Shown here in pieces: positions 1-8,677 of a stretch of 64,000 nucleotides of DNA (position 1 is the stretch's first letter; each line of letters opens with the position of its first letter). The position numbers were made by a program, and so were the translations under genes. Below the pieces are notes generated by a model. The model saw only the letters and a list, made by a program, of their open reading frames with translations, did not search any database and was not told the origin of the DNA. The DNA lies in IMG/VR virus record IMGVR_UViG_3300034061_004620. One strand, written 5' to 3'. Source of the DNA: a virus. Its lineage: Duplodnaviria > Caudoviricetes.

Positions 1-975
1 ACCTATAAAGATTACATGTGGTGGTTTGCTAAATGGTGTAGAGAATACAGTAACAAATGGCGAGGAAGTGTTCTTGATATAGGCTGCAATGATGGCAGTC
101 AACTTGATTATTTTCACACCCTTGGATATAAGACTTACGGAGTAGATCCTGCAGAAAATTTATATCTAACAAGTAGTACCAAAGGACATCAAGTGGTTTG
201 TGGATTCTGGAATGAACAATCTATAGGGAACCTGGACAACAGAAAATTTGATATAGTAGTGTCGCAGAATGCATTTGCACACAATCCAGACCCACTCGCT
301 TACTTGAAATTGCTATCTCCGTTGTTGAACGACGATGGCTTGTTCTTTATACAAACCAGCCAAGCCAACATGGTACGTAATGGTGAGTTTGATACTATCT
401 ATCATGAACATGTGAATTTTTACAATGTTAACAGCATGAATGAATTGTGTTGGCGAGCCGGAATGTTTTTGATTGATGTGGTCAAAACACCAATACACGG
501 AACAAGCTACGTATTTGTTGTGAGCAATAGGGATACTGGTTGTGAACATGTGAAAAACCTCATTGCCATGGAACATGATCTGTTACAGCAAGAAACATAT
601 ACAAAATGGGCTGTGACTGCAAAAAGTTTGACTGATCAATTTTTAGATAAGTGCGAAACTTATCGAACACAAGGATATCAACTGATAGGATATGGTGCCG
701 CAGCTAAAGGTAACACTTTATTAAACTATGCTGGCGTGACGCTTGATTACATCATTGATGACAATCCTATAAAACAAAATACTTATAGCCCGGGCACAAA
801 CATACCAGTGGTGGGGATAGATTTATTAAAACAATATAATGCACAAGACAAAATATTATTTGTTCCATTGGCATGGAATTTTTATAAAGAAATCAAATCT
901 AAGATAAAAGCTGCAAGAACAAACACCAACGATAGATTTCTAAAATATTTTCCGGAGGTTGAAGTTGAAATTTGA
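1..975 (+). CDS. NDP-sugar C-methyltransferase-like protein (5' end lies before the window)
   Basis: Frame open from base 1. SAM motif VLDIGCNDG, DTIYHEH and C-terminal GYGAAAKGNT, typical of NDP-hexose 3-C-methyltransferases. Confidence 0.8.
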   Translation, partial: TYKDYMWWFAKWCREYSNKWRGSVLDIGCNDGSQLDYFHTLGYKTYGVDPAENLYLTSSTKGHQVVCGFWNEQSIGNLDNRKFDIVVSQNAFAHNPDPLAYLKLLSPLLNDDGLFFIQTSQANMVRNGEFDTIYHEHVNFYNVNSMNELCWRAGMFLIDVVKTPIHGTSYVFVVSNRDTGCEHVKNLIAMEHDLLQQETYTKWAVTAKSLTDQFLDKCETYRTQGYQLIGYGAAAKGNTLLNYAGVTLDYIIDDNPIKQNTYSPGTNIPVVGIDLLKQYNAQDKILFVPLAWNFYKEIKSKIKAARTNTNDRFLKYFPEVEVEI

Positions 976-1315
976 ATTTCCACTCATGGAACTTGTTGAT
1001 CGCTACACAATAGCGCAGGTCAAGTATGACCAAACTGGCGCTAATCTTGAAGAGTTACTGTTTTACGAACTGCAAATGGCTCACGTTGACAAAATTTTAA
1101 TTTGGGACGAACTACAGGCGTTAAAAATTTTGCATAGTAAGATATGGAGTTTAGAAGATGACTTCAAGAAATGTCGCATTGATGGTACAGACTTATCTGA
1201 GATAGGTAGGCGTGCATTGGAAATACGGGATTATAATAATGTTAGAGCACAACTAAAAAACACAGTGGCCGAAAAACTAAATGATCCTGTGAGAGAAATT
1301 AAAACAAACGTATGA
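965..1315 (+). CDS. Small helical protein, DUF6165-like (glycosyltransferase-associated)
   Basis: GGAGG SD at 954-958 then TTG at 965. IWSLEDD...EIRDYNNVRAQLK pattern; family recalled, not searched. Confidence 0.5.
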   Translation: MKFEFPLMELVDRYTIAQVKYDQTGANLEELLFYELQMAHVDKILIWDELQALKILHSKIWSLEDDFKKCRIDGTDLSEIGRRALEIRDYNNVRAQLKNTVAEKLNDPVREIKTNV

Positions 1316-2187
1316 ATATTGAACGACCTTTGCAAATATTAGTAAGACGCAGAGCCGCATTAGGTGATGTGATCATGAGCACTGGTGTTGTGCGCGAACT
1401 TAGAAAAAGATACAGTTGGTGCGAAATAGACATTGCTACAGAATTTCCTAACGTGTACGACAACAACCCTCATGTAAGAGCTGTGTATCATACCAATGCA
1501 ATGCCGGACCCTGCTGCATATGATTTGTATATTAATTTGGATGATGCTTACGAACTCAATCCGCTTAATCATTATCTTGACAGCTATTTCTATCGCGCTT
1601 TTGGCATATCAACAGTGGATAATAAAACACCAGAACTGTTCCCAACAGAGGCAGATGTAGATATTGTGAATTCTTTTGTTCAAGATAACGACCTTGACAA
1701 TTACATTGTGATTCACATTAGGCAATGGCACTGGCCTTTAAAAAATATGTCGTGGGACACATGGTATGCAGTTTTCGAGCAGTTATTTACAGAACGCACA
1801 GATTTTAAAATTGTGTGCGTTGGCACTGTACAGGATGGATACGTGGAACATCCATTATTTGTTGATGCAAGAGACAAACTAAGTGTACAACAACAACGAG
1901 TATTAATGGATCAAGCTCGATGTTTTGTTGGTATTGACAGCGGTCCTTATCATATTGCTGCAACCAGCACCACACACATTATCAGTCTGCACACACACTT
2001 ATTACCAGACCGTATTGCACCTCAGCATAAACCTTACACTGCAATCAAAGCAGATATAGATTGTGTGGGATGTAATGATGTGCAACGACGACCGGTTAGA
2101 CAAGTAATATGCAAGCACGGAGATTTCCGTTGTAGTAACAGTTTTAGTGCTAAAAGAATCGCCGACAATATATTAGAAATATTATGA
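1312..2187 (+). CDS. Glycosyltransferase family 9 (heptosyltransferase-like)
   Basis: RRAALGDVIMST at the N-terminus and FVGIDSGPYHIAA at the C-terminus, both GT9 signatures. Confidence 0.85.
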   Translation: MNIERPLQILVRRRAALGDVIMSTGVVRELRKRYSWCEIDIATEFPNVYDNNPHVRAVYHTNAMPDPAAYDLYINLDDAYELNPLNHYLDSYFYRAFGISTVDNKTPELFPTEADVDIVNSFVQDNDLDNYIVIHIRQWHWPLKNMSWDTWYAVFEQLFTERTDFKIVCVGTVQDGYVEHPLFVDARDKLSVQQQRVLMDQARCFVGIDSGPYHIAATSTTHIISLHTHLLPDRIAPQHKPYTAIKADIDCVGCNDVQRRPVRQVICKHGDFRCSNSFSAKRIADNILEIL

Positions 2188-2399
2188 AATGCGGAAATTG
2201 TTGGCGCTGTCTTGAAACCGAACGGAATGAATACGGATTTCCGGCGGCCTTTGGTAGAATGATTCTGTGCCCTGACTGTGGAAACAAAAGATGTCCACAT
2301 GCAGCAGATCATAGATTAAAATGCACTGGCAGTAACGAAGTAGATCAACCAGGCAGCATGTATTCTAATTTTAATTACAGAACAGGTTATGATTTTTAG
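2184..2399 (+). CDS. Small Cys-rich (zinc-binding) protein
   Basis: CxxCxxC...CPDCGNKRCPH...C; ATGA overlap with the upstream stop. Confidence 0.6.
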   Translation: MKCGNCWRCLETERNEYGFPAAFGRMILCPDCGNKRCPHAADHRLKCTGSNEVDQPGSMYSNFNYRTGYDF

Positions 2400-3138
2400 A
2401 CACTCGGGCACATTCGGAGATTTGATTTACAGTTTATCTGTGGTCAAAAAAATGGGCGGCGGCACCTTTGCTGTGCATCTTGAAAATATAGAAAATTGTG
2501 TAGCACAATATGGTTATAGGCCCGACGAAGTAGACATAGCACATCAAGGTAGATTTCGTAATCAAGATTTTGATTTATTGAGACCTTTACTATCCAGACA
2601 AAGCTACATAGATAAAGTCACAGTGTGGACTGGTGATCACGACGTGGACTTAGACAGATTCCGTGGTGTGTTGTTTAGAGGATTCGAAGGCAATTATGTT
2701 GAAGCTTATCATCACACATTTAATTTACCTTTTGATGCTGATGTTTATAACGAAACTTGGTTAGAAGCCGATACCAAGAGAGTTGCACCTGTAGTCATAA
2801 ACAGAACATTTAGATACAGATGTCCACAGGGTACAGGTACGTGGCAAGGACTGTTAGAGCAAGCCAACATCACTAAGAATGGTATATTTGTAGGAACCCA
2901 AGACGAACACACGGACTTTGTAAACAGCACAGGATTTAGTGTACAATATTATCCTGTAAAGGATTTCAAGGAACTGGCTGATATAATTGCCGGCGCAGAT
3001 CTGTTTATGGGCAATCAAAGTGCTGCTTACAGTATAGCCATGGGATTAGGCAAAGCCGCTATATTAGAAACAATCAAAATAAAACCATTACAAAACAATG
3101 AATGTTATTTCCCAAGATCAAACTGCCAGTATTTCTAA
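2389..3138 (+). CDS. Divergent GT9-like glycosyltransferase
   Basis: HSGTFGDLIYSL and ADLFMGNQSAAYSIA parallel the two GT9 motifs. Confidence 0.6.
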   Translation: MIFRHSGTFGDLIYSLSVVKKMGGGTFAVHLENIENCVAQYGYRPDEVDIAHQGRFRNQDFDLLRPLLSRQSYIDKVTVWTGDHDVDLDRFRGVLFRGFEGNYVEAYHHTFNLPFDADVYNETWLEADTKRVAPVVINRTFRYRCPQGTGTWQGLLEQANITKNGIFVGTQDEHTDFVNSTGFSVQYYPVKDFKELADIIAGADLFMGNQSAAYSIAMGLGKAAILETIKIKPLQNNECYFPRSNCQYF

Positions 3139-3877
3139 GATACAAATACTATTGGTAGGTGACAATGGTATTGATCAATATCAGTATGGTACTGTCACAC
3201 GTATCAGCCCTGAAGCACCTGTTCCGGTTGTAAACTATACGCACACTGTTACTCGGCCAGGAATGGCAGCAAACGTAAAAGATAATTTAGAAAAATTAGG
3301 TTGCACAGTAGAATTTGTTCACGGTTTAAAAACTTGTGTAAAAACACGAGTGATAGATGAACGTACAAAACAACATTTAGTTAGAATAGATCAAGACAGC
3401 CCCAGTCGTGCCGTAAAAATTGACTACAATAATATAGAACAGTATAATTGTGTTATTGTAAGTGATTACAATAAAGGATCAGTAGAGTATGAGACAATTG
3501 AAAATCTTCGCAAGAGTTACTCGGGTCCAATATTTGTTGACACAAAGAAAAGCGACCTGGCCCGCTTCGAAGGCTGCTTTGTCAAGATCAACCAAGTGGA
3601 ATACGAAGCGGCTCGAACATATCCTACTGATCTTATTGTCACCCTCGGTAGAGATGGCGTAAAGTATAAAGAACATAAGTTTTCTACTCCACAAGTAGAG
3701 GCGTTTGATGTATGCGGGGCAGGTGATACTTTTTTGTCTGCTCTCGCATACAACTACGTTTTATCTAATGATATAGCGACTGCGATCAAATTTGCTACAC
3801 GAGCGGCAAGCGTCACTGTACAGCATATTGGAGTTTACAGTCCCACATTGAAAGAAATAGAAAATGACAAGACTTGA
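3098..3877 (+). CDS. hldA: Heptose-7-phosphate kinase (RfaE/HldE domain I, PfkB family)
   Basis: RISPEAPVPVV, SDYNKG and FDVCGAGDTF motifs. Exact start uncertain. Confidence 0.88.
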   Translation: MNVISQDQTASISKIQILLVGDNGIDQYQYGTVTRISPEAPVPVVNYTHTVTRPGMAANVKDNLEKLGCTVEFVHGLKTCVKTRVIDERTKQHLVRIDQDSPSRAVKIDYNNIEQYNCVIVSDYNKGSVEYETIENLRKSYSGPIFVDTKKSDLARFEGCFVKINQVEYEAARTYPTDLIVTLGRDGVKYKEHKFSTPQVEAFDVCGAGDTFLSALAYNYVLSNDIATAIKFATRAASVTVQHIGVYSPTLKEIENDKT

Positions 3878-4232
3878 AGGTTTCGTTGAAAAAGGATGGG
3901 GGCATGAATTAATTTGGGCTACAAATGATCAGTACTGTGGCAAATTAATGAAGTTCAATCCAGGTGCTCGATTCAGTATGCACTTTCATGCAGAGAAAGA
4001 TGAAACTTGGTACGTGTTAAGTGGCAAGTTCATAGTAAAATATCTTGACACCAAAACAGCTCAAGAACATGAAAAAGAATTACATGTAGGTGATGTATGG
4101 CGTAACAAACCGTTGTTTCCTCATCAGCTGATTTGTGTTGATGAAGGAGTAATTATAGAAGTTTCAACACCAGATTCCGTAGAGGACAATTATCGTGTAC
4201 AACCTGGGGATAGTCAAAAGAGTAATAGTTAA
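3864..4232 (+). CDS. Cupin-fold sugar isomerase-like protein
   Basis: KGWGHELIW, SMHFHAEKDETW and EVSTPDSVEDNYR cupin motifs. Confidence 0.8.
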   Translation: MTRLEGFVEKGWGHELIWATNDQYCGKLMKFNPGARFSMHFHAEKDETWYVLSGKFIVKYLDTKTAQEHEKELHVGDVWRNKPLFPHQLICVDEGVIIEVSTPDSVEDNYRVQPGDSQKSNS

Positions 4233-4614
4233 TGGAACCTTCGATATCTTGCATCGTGGGCATATTGAAATGCTGAACTTTGCAAAAAGTCAAGGTACCT
4301 ATCTATTAGTAGCTATAGATTCAGATCGACAAGTTCAAGAACTAAAAGGCCAACATCGCCCAGTGAACAAGCAAGAAGATCGTAAATTTCAACTTGAAAA
4401 TTTAAAGGCAGTTAATGCTGTATGGATATTCGATTCACAAGAAGAACTTGCACATATCTGTAAAATTTATAAACCACATTTAATGGTCAAAGGCACTGAC
4501 TATTATGGTAAACAAATTACCGGCCGTGAATACTGCGAAGACATCAAGTACTTTGATCTTGTAAAAAATTATTCAACGAGTAAAATAATTGAAAATATTA
4601 ATAACCGGAAGTAG
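4195..4614 (+). CDS. hldC: Heptose-1-phosphate adenylyltransferase (RfaE domain II)
   Basis: NGTFDILHRGH (HxGH), SDRQV..LKG..RP and YSTS motifs. GTG start with GAGGA 8 nt upstream. Confidence 0.85.
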   Translation: MYNLGIVKRVIVNGTFDILHRGHIEMLNFAKSQGTYLLVAIDSDRQVQELKGQHRPVNKQEDRKFQLENLKAVNAVWIFDSQEELAHICKIYKPHLMVKGTDYYGKQITGREYCEDIKYFDLVKNYSTSKIIENINNRK

Positions 4615-5374
4615 AGGCTTTATTGGAAGCCATGCTGTAAGTTTCTGGCACAAAATTAGTGGCCATGAGATTTATACCTATGAGTGGGATGAACGTACAT
4701 TACCACGTATTGAAGGATTAGATTGGGTATTTCACTTTGGTGCTATTAGTAGCACCACTGAACGTGATGTTGCAAAGGTAATGCGACAAAACTACGACTT
4801 TAGCGTTTGGTTATACGAGGAGTGTAGAAAGCATGACGTCAATCTTCAATGGTCGAGTTCTGCGAGCGTTTATGGCCATGGTACAGTTTTTAGCGAGTCC
4901 GCCCCCGTGGATCCCAGGAGTCCCTATGCATGGTCTAAATACCTATTCGAACGTTACGTTGATAGTCATCCGACGCATGTTCGGTGCCAGGGATTTAGGT
5001 ACTTTAATGTCCATGGTGCAAACGAAATGCACAAAGGCACCCAAGCCAGTCCGCATTATCAGTTTGCTGTTCAAGCTCAATCCACTGGTATTATAAAAAT
5101 ATTCGAAGGTAGCGATCATTTCCACAGGGACTTTGTTCCTGTCGATCAAGTGTTAGGTGTTCAGTTCCAATTTATTAATCAAGATATAGATGAGAATGGT
5201 GTTTGGAATGTAGGCACAGGAACTACTCGATCATTTGCAGATGTTGCACGAGACATAGCCAATCAATACGGGGCATTGATTCAACGAATACCATTTCCTG
5301 AACATTTGAGCTATAGTTACCAACGATATACTTGTGCAGACTTAACAAAATTACAACAAACTATTCGGACTTGA
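4589..5374 (+). CDS. hldD: ADP-L-glycero-D-manno-heptose 6-epimerase
   Basis: TGSRGFIG, HFGAISSTTE, SSASVYG, YAWSK, FRYFNVHG and RDFV motifs. Confidence 0.88.
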   Translation: MKILITGSRGFIGSHAVSFWHKISGHEIYTYEWDERTLPRIEGLDWVFHFGAISSTTERDVAKVMRQNYDFSVWLYEECRKHDVNLQWSSSASVYGHGTVFSESAPVDPRSPYAWSKYLFERYVDSHPTHVRCQGFRYFNVHGANEMHKGTQASPHYQFAVQAQSTGIIKIFEGSDHFHRDFVPVDQVLGVQFQFINQDIDENGVWNVGTGTTRSFADVARDIANQYGALIQRIPFPEHLSYSYQRYTCADLTKLQQTIRT

Positions 5375-5399
5375 CAAATAAGGTTGTATCAGATACAAT
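5371..5399 (+). promoter_or_regulatory. sigma70-type promoter
   Basis: TTGACA-N17-TACAAT; ATG 8 nt downstream with no SD. Confidence 0.8.
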
Positions 5400-5407
5400 A
5401 GCGAGCT

Positions 5408-5884
5408 ATGAAATATTTTGCTTACGGAATGAACACTAATTTAGAACAAATGGGACGCCGTTGTCCGACGGCTATCTGTTTGGGTCCTGCGTGTATTGAA
5501 GACTATGAATTGGTGTTCCGTACTCACGCCGACATAGCAGAATCCCCGGGCAGCATTTGTTATGGTGTTCTTTGGGACATCACAAAAGCAGATTTACAAG
5601 CATTAGATATGCTCGAAGGATATCCTTACTACTATACAAGATTTCGTGTGCGTGTAAATCTTGGAGATCATTTTGTGTATGCATTAACATACCAAATGAA
5701 TGATCAAACTTACGTTCAAGAACCCGGCGCAGGGTATTTAGAAATGGTGCGCGAAGGGTATCAAGAAAACAGCGTACCCACTTGTCAAATTGACCATGCA
5801 ATAAATATGGTATGCTCTTCATCAATCGGGACGAAAATGGAATATCCTACTACATGGTTACCAACGACGCAGGACTGTGTCTAA
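5408..5884 (+). CDS. Gamma-glutamylcyclotransferase (AIG2-like) family protein
   Basis: YFAYGMN, GVLWDI and LDMLEGYP motifs. Confidence 0.85.
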   Translation: MKYFAYGMNTNLEQMGRRCPTAICLGPACIEDYELVFRTHADIAESPGSICYGVLWDITKADLQALDMLEGYPYYYTRFRVRVNLGDHFVYALTYQMNDQTYVQEPGAGYLEMVREGYQENSVPTCQIDHAINMVCSSSIGTKMEYPTTWLPTTQDCV

Positions 5885-6030
5885 TTCGCACCACCAATAG
5901 AAAAATCGCCGATTATGTAAATTATTACAGTTACGGCGCTCCCTTAGATGCACAGATAGCAGTTGGTGGAGACAGTAATCATCCTGAAATTGGTCCAATT
6001 TGGCGATATAAAAGAATATCCAATCGATGA
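5812..6030 (+). CDS. Hypothetical protein
   Basis: 72-aa ORF whose stop overlaps the next start (ATGA). Confidence 0.45.
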   Translation: MLFINRDENGISYYMVTNDAGLCLIRTTNRKIADYVNYYSYGAPLDAQIAVGGDSNHPEIGPIWRYKRISNR

Positions 6031-7211
6031 TTTTTGTATTTGACACGTATGGTGAAAACGGATATGTTCCTAATTTAGTACAACGTACTGATATTGTTCC
6101 TCGCAGCAAAGAATGGTGGGATCTTGCAATAACTCCTCCTTATAGCTATGAATTTAGATTTTTACGATATCTTTACACTGAAGGAATACGCTATCGTGTA
6201 GAACTTGTATCTACAATGGCCGGCACCGGTGAAACTTGTGTATACCCAATCAACCTTAATTATTTTGATCCTGCAATAGATTATTTGGCATTAATGTCAG
6301 AACAAGCACGTGATTTGGCACGTAAAGGTCAATTGACAATTGTTTTTTACTACAGCGAAGGCGATGACGTTGATTGGCACATTAGCCCAAGACTCAAACA
6401 CATGTGTAGTGAACACCATATACCAAGAACACAGATTAGATTCATAATTGCCAATCGTGCAGCCGGTCAAGATTATTTGTACGTGGCCGACGATGAACTT
6501 TATTACCGTTATCTAAACAAAGATGCTGATTTTGTTAGAGAAGTAAATCTTGCAGCAAGATCAAAAAAATTTACCTGCCTTAATAGAATTGACAAGCCGT
6601 TTAGGCGTTTGTTTGCTGCTACTTTAGTGTCTCGCAATCTACATCTTGACTCATACTTTAGTTATACTGATAAAAAGTACGCCTTAGAATATCCAACTGC
6701 TACTACAAATGTAGAACAATGGAATACCCATTGGGATCACGCTGTACTAAACAAATTTGCACCTCCTTATTGCTGCGACGAGCTGGAAGATTATCAACAT
6801 AATACTCACCAATTGATCAATAAAGATTTTTTTAACAATGCATATTGGAACGTGGTAGTAGAAACACATATAAGTGAACATACCGTGTTTCTAACCGAAA
6901 AAACATTCAAACCTATATTAAACTTACAACCATTTGTTGTTGTTGGTGCTCCAGGTAGTTTGGCTCTACTGCACGAATTAGGTTATCAAACATTCAATCG
7001 GTGGGTCGATGAAAGTTATGATACTGTTGTTAATCCAGAATTACGATTACATAAATGCTTACACATTGTTGAAAAATTAGCAAAAATGTCGCATTTGGAA
7101 CATCAAGAAATCATGCAAGAAATGCAAACCATTCTTATACACAATCAAAAACTTTTTCTATCAAACAAACGCGACAAACTTTTGGCACTTCTGCAACAAA
7201 TAGAGAATTGA
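6027..7211 (+). CDS. Putative GT-B glycosyltransferase-like protein (paralog of 44469-45632)
   Basis: VVVETH...FLTEKTFKP...PFVVVG...LHELGYQTF..VDESYD motif block. Confidence 0.55.
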   Translation: MIFVFDTYGENGYVPNLVQRTDIVPRSKEWWDLAITPPYSYEFRFLRYLYTEGIRYRVELVSTMAGTGETCVYPINLNYFDPAIDYLALMSEQARDLARKGQLTIVFYYSEGDDVDWHISPRLKHMCSEHHIPRTQIRFIIANRAAGQDYLYVADDELYYRYLNKDADFVREVNLAARSKKFTCLNRIDKPFRRLFAATLVSRNLHLDSYFSYTDKKYALEYPTATTNVEQWNTHWDHAVLNKFAPPYCCDELEDYQHNTHQLINKDFFNNAYWNVVVETHISEHTVFLTEKTFKPILNLQPFVVVGAPGSLALLHELGYQTFNRWVDESYDTVVNPELRLHKCLHIVEKLAKMSHLEHQEIMQEMQTILIHNQKLFLSNKRDKLLALLQQIEN

Positions 7212-7268
7212 TCAAAATTTGGATACAACAATGTTGACACAATATAGGTAATCTTATAATATAACAGC

Positions 7269-7532
7269 ATGAAAAAACAAACCGTTACAATGACCCCCGA
7301 AGGTGGCAATTGGTGGCGTATGCGTATCACCCACTGGAGCATACTGGCTGTTCTGTTTCCACCAATCTTTGCGGTACTCTGTATCTTTTTACTTAATCCG
7401 CTTTGGTTCAGAGACGATTTGCTCATTTGGTTTGAAAACCGTATCAATACTTTTAGTGTATGGCGTAATCGCTTGCTATACCGCATTTACTTGGGCGCAG
7501 ATCCAGAAATGTGGCACGCCTTAAAAGATTAA
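7269..7532 (+). CDS. Hypothetical protein with one hydrophobic segment
   Basis: Follows a TTGACA...TATAAT-like promoter at about 7234-7262. Confidence 0.6.
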   Translation: MKKQTVTMTPEGGNWWRMRITHWSILAVLFPPIFAVLCIFLLNPLWFRDDLLIWFENRINTFSVWRNRLLYRIYLGADPEMWHALKD

Positions 7533-7593
7533 CAACATTGCTTGAATAGCAACTGTTACAAAAGTAGCAACTTTTGTTGCAAAAATACAACGG

Positions 7594-7622
7594 TTGACCC
7601 AAATGGCCCATTTTGCTATAAT
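7594..7622 (+). promoter_or_regulatory. Early sigma70-type promoter
   Basis: TTGACC-N17-TATAAT, followed by AAGGAGC SD. Confidence 0.88.
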
Positions 7623-7652
7623 GTATGTACAGTAAATAAAAGGAGCCAAAAA

Positions 7653-7994
7653 ATGCGTATCGTCCAAACAACAGTCGTAAATATTCGCCTCCCTAAGTTT
7701 GAAGCAGTGTGCCGTGAAATGTGGAGATCCTGTGATGGTATGTTTACTGCGGCCGAGTACCGCGCGATTGGTATCAATAAAAAGGATGCAATTGAGCGTA
7801 CCAAAACCGATCCAGTGGTTCGTGAAAAGTTTGATGCCGTATTGGCCAAACTTGCCGCCCAAAAAAATGTAAGACAAATGGATTTTTACGCCGAGCATGT
7901 GGCAATGGATGTGTTGGGCAAATTGCCTGCCCGTCACTGGATCTGTAAAGCCAACGACGACTTGACAGACAAGTTCTACCCCGAAGGCTTCTAA
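7653..7994 (+). CDS. Early hypothetical protein
   Basis: Start reassigned to ATG 7653, after the promoter and AAGGAG. Confidence 0.75.
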   Translation: MRIVQTTVVNIRLPKFEAVCREMWRSCDGMFTAAEYRAIGINKKDAIERTKTDPVVREKFDAVLAKLAAQKNVRQMDFYAEHVAMDVLGKLPARHWICKANDDLTDKFYPEGF

Positions 7995-8000
7995 ATTAGG

Positions 8001-8029
8001 TTGTCCAAAAAGGTCCATTTTGTTATAAT
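8001..8029 (+). promoter_or_regulatory. Early sigma70-type promoter
   Basis: TTGTCC-N17-TATAAT followed by ATTGGTATAGTAA. Confidence 0.85.
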
Positions 8030-8067
8030 ATTGGTATAGTAAACAAACAACCAAAAGGAGCAACACC

Positions 8068-8340
8068 ATGACAACACACAAAGACATGCAGGGCCGGACA
8101 CTCAAGGTAGGTGACACTGTGGCCTATGTAAGCTACTACAATTCTAATAGTCTGGTAATAGGTAAGATCCTGGACCTCAAGAAAGTCCGTGCAGAGGTGA
8201 TTACCAACTTCCGGGGTTGGGTGGGCGGGGAAACCACAGAGACCGTACGATCGGATCAGCTGGTCAAAGTGGCTCCGGCCAAAACACAAAAGCCACAGAG
8301 CGCCAAAATTCTGGCCTTTCCAAACAAGACTTTGGCTTGA
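8068..8340 (+). CDS. Early hypothetical protein (SH3/KOW-like, DMQGRTLKVGDTV)
   Basis: AAGGAG SD; D..G..LKVGD.V beta-barrel pattern. Confidence 0.65.
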   Translation: MTTHKDMQGRTLKVGDTVAYVSYYNSNSLVIGKILDLKKVRAEVITNFRGWVGGETTETVRSDQLVKVAPAKTQKPQSAKILAFPNKTLA

Positions 8341-8365
8341 CCATAATTCCGTATTTTGCTATAAT
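8337..8365 (+). promoter_or_regulatory. Early sigma70-type promoter
   Basis: TTGACC-N17-TATAAT followed by ATTGGTATAGTAA. Confidence 0.88.
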
Positions 8366-8395
8366 ATTGGTATAGTAATTAACAAGGAGCACAAG

Positions 8396-8599
8396 ATGCA
8401 ATTTGAAACTCGTGTTATTGAACTAATAACTCCTGTACTAAGTGAAGGTCGTGCTGAATTCTTTGAAGGTTCTTTGTTCCTTGAAGGTGCGAAAGAATCC
8501 ACTGCTCGCAGAGTGTTTTCCGTTTTGTGTAAAGAGTTTGACTTTAAAGTGCAGCCCAGTCGATTCGCTGATTGCTTTGTTTATGATTTTACAGCCTAA
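8396..8599 (+). CDS. Early hypothetical protein
   Basis: AAGGAGC SD, 67 aa. Confidence 0.7.
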   Translation: MQFETRVIELITPVLSEGRAEFFEGSLFLEGAKESTARRVFSVLCKEFDFKVQPSRFADCFVYDFTA

Positions 8600-8604
8600 A
8601 CCAG

Positions 8605-8633
8605 TTGACCATAATTCTGTAATTTGCTATAAT
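8605..8633 (+). promoter_or_regulatory. Early sigma70-type promoter
   Basis: TTGACC-N17-TATAAT. Confidence 0.88.
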
Positions 8634-8677
8634 ACATGAATAATAACAATATAACTTTAAACCGTAAAGGAGCCGTT

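Noticed and set aside
4195-4232. Possible loss of the hldC start codon or frameshift
   Set aside because: GTG at 4195 has GAGGA 8 nt upstream, so a normal overlapping start is adequate.
1-5374. Bacterial LPS locus, i.e. the window being a host chromosome
   Set aside because: Contiguous with T4-like late promoters, tail, PAAR and UvsW genes with uniform phage-style gene packing; no housekeeping synteny.
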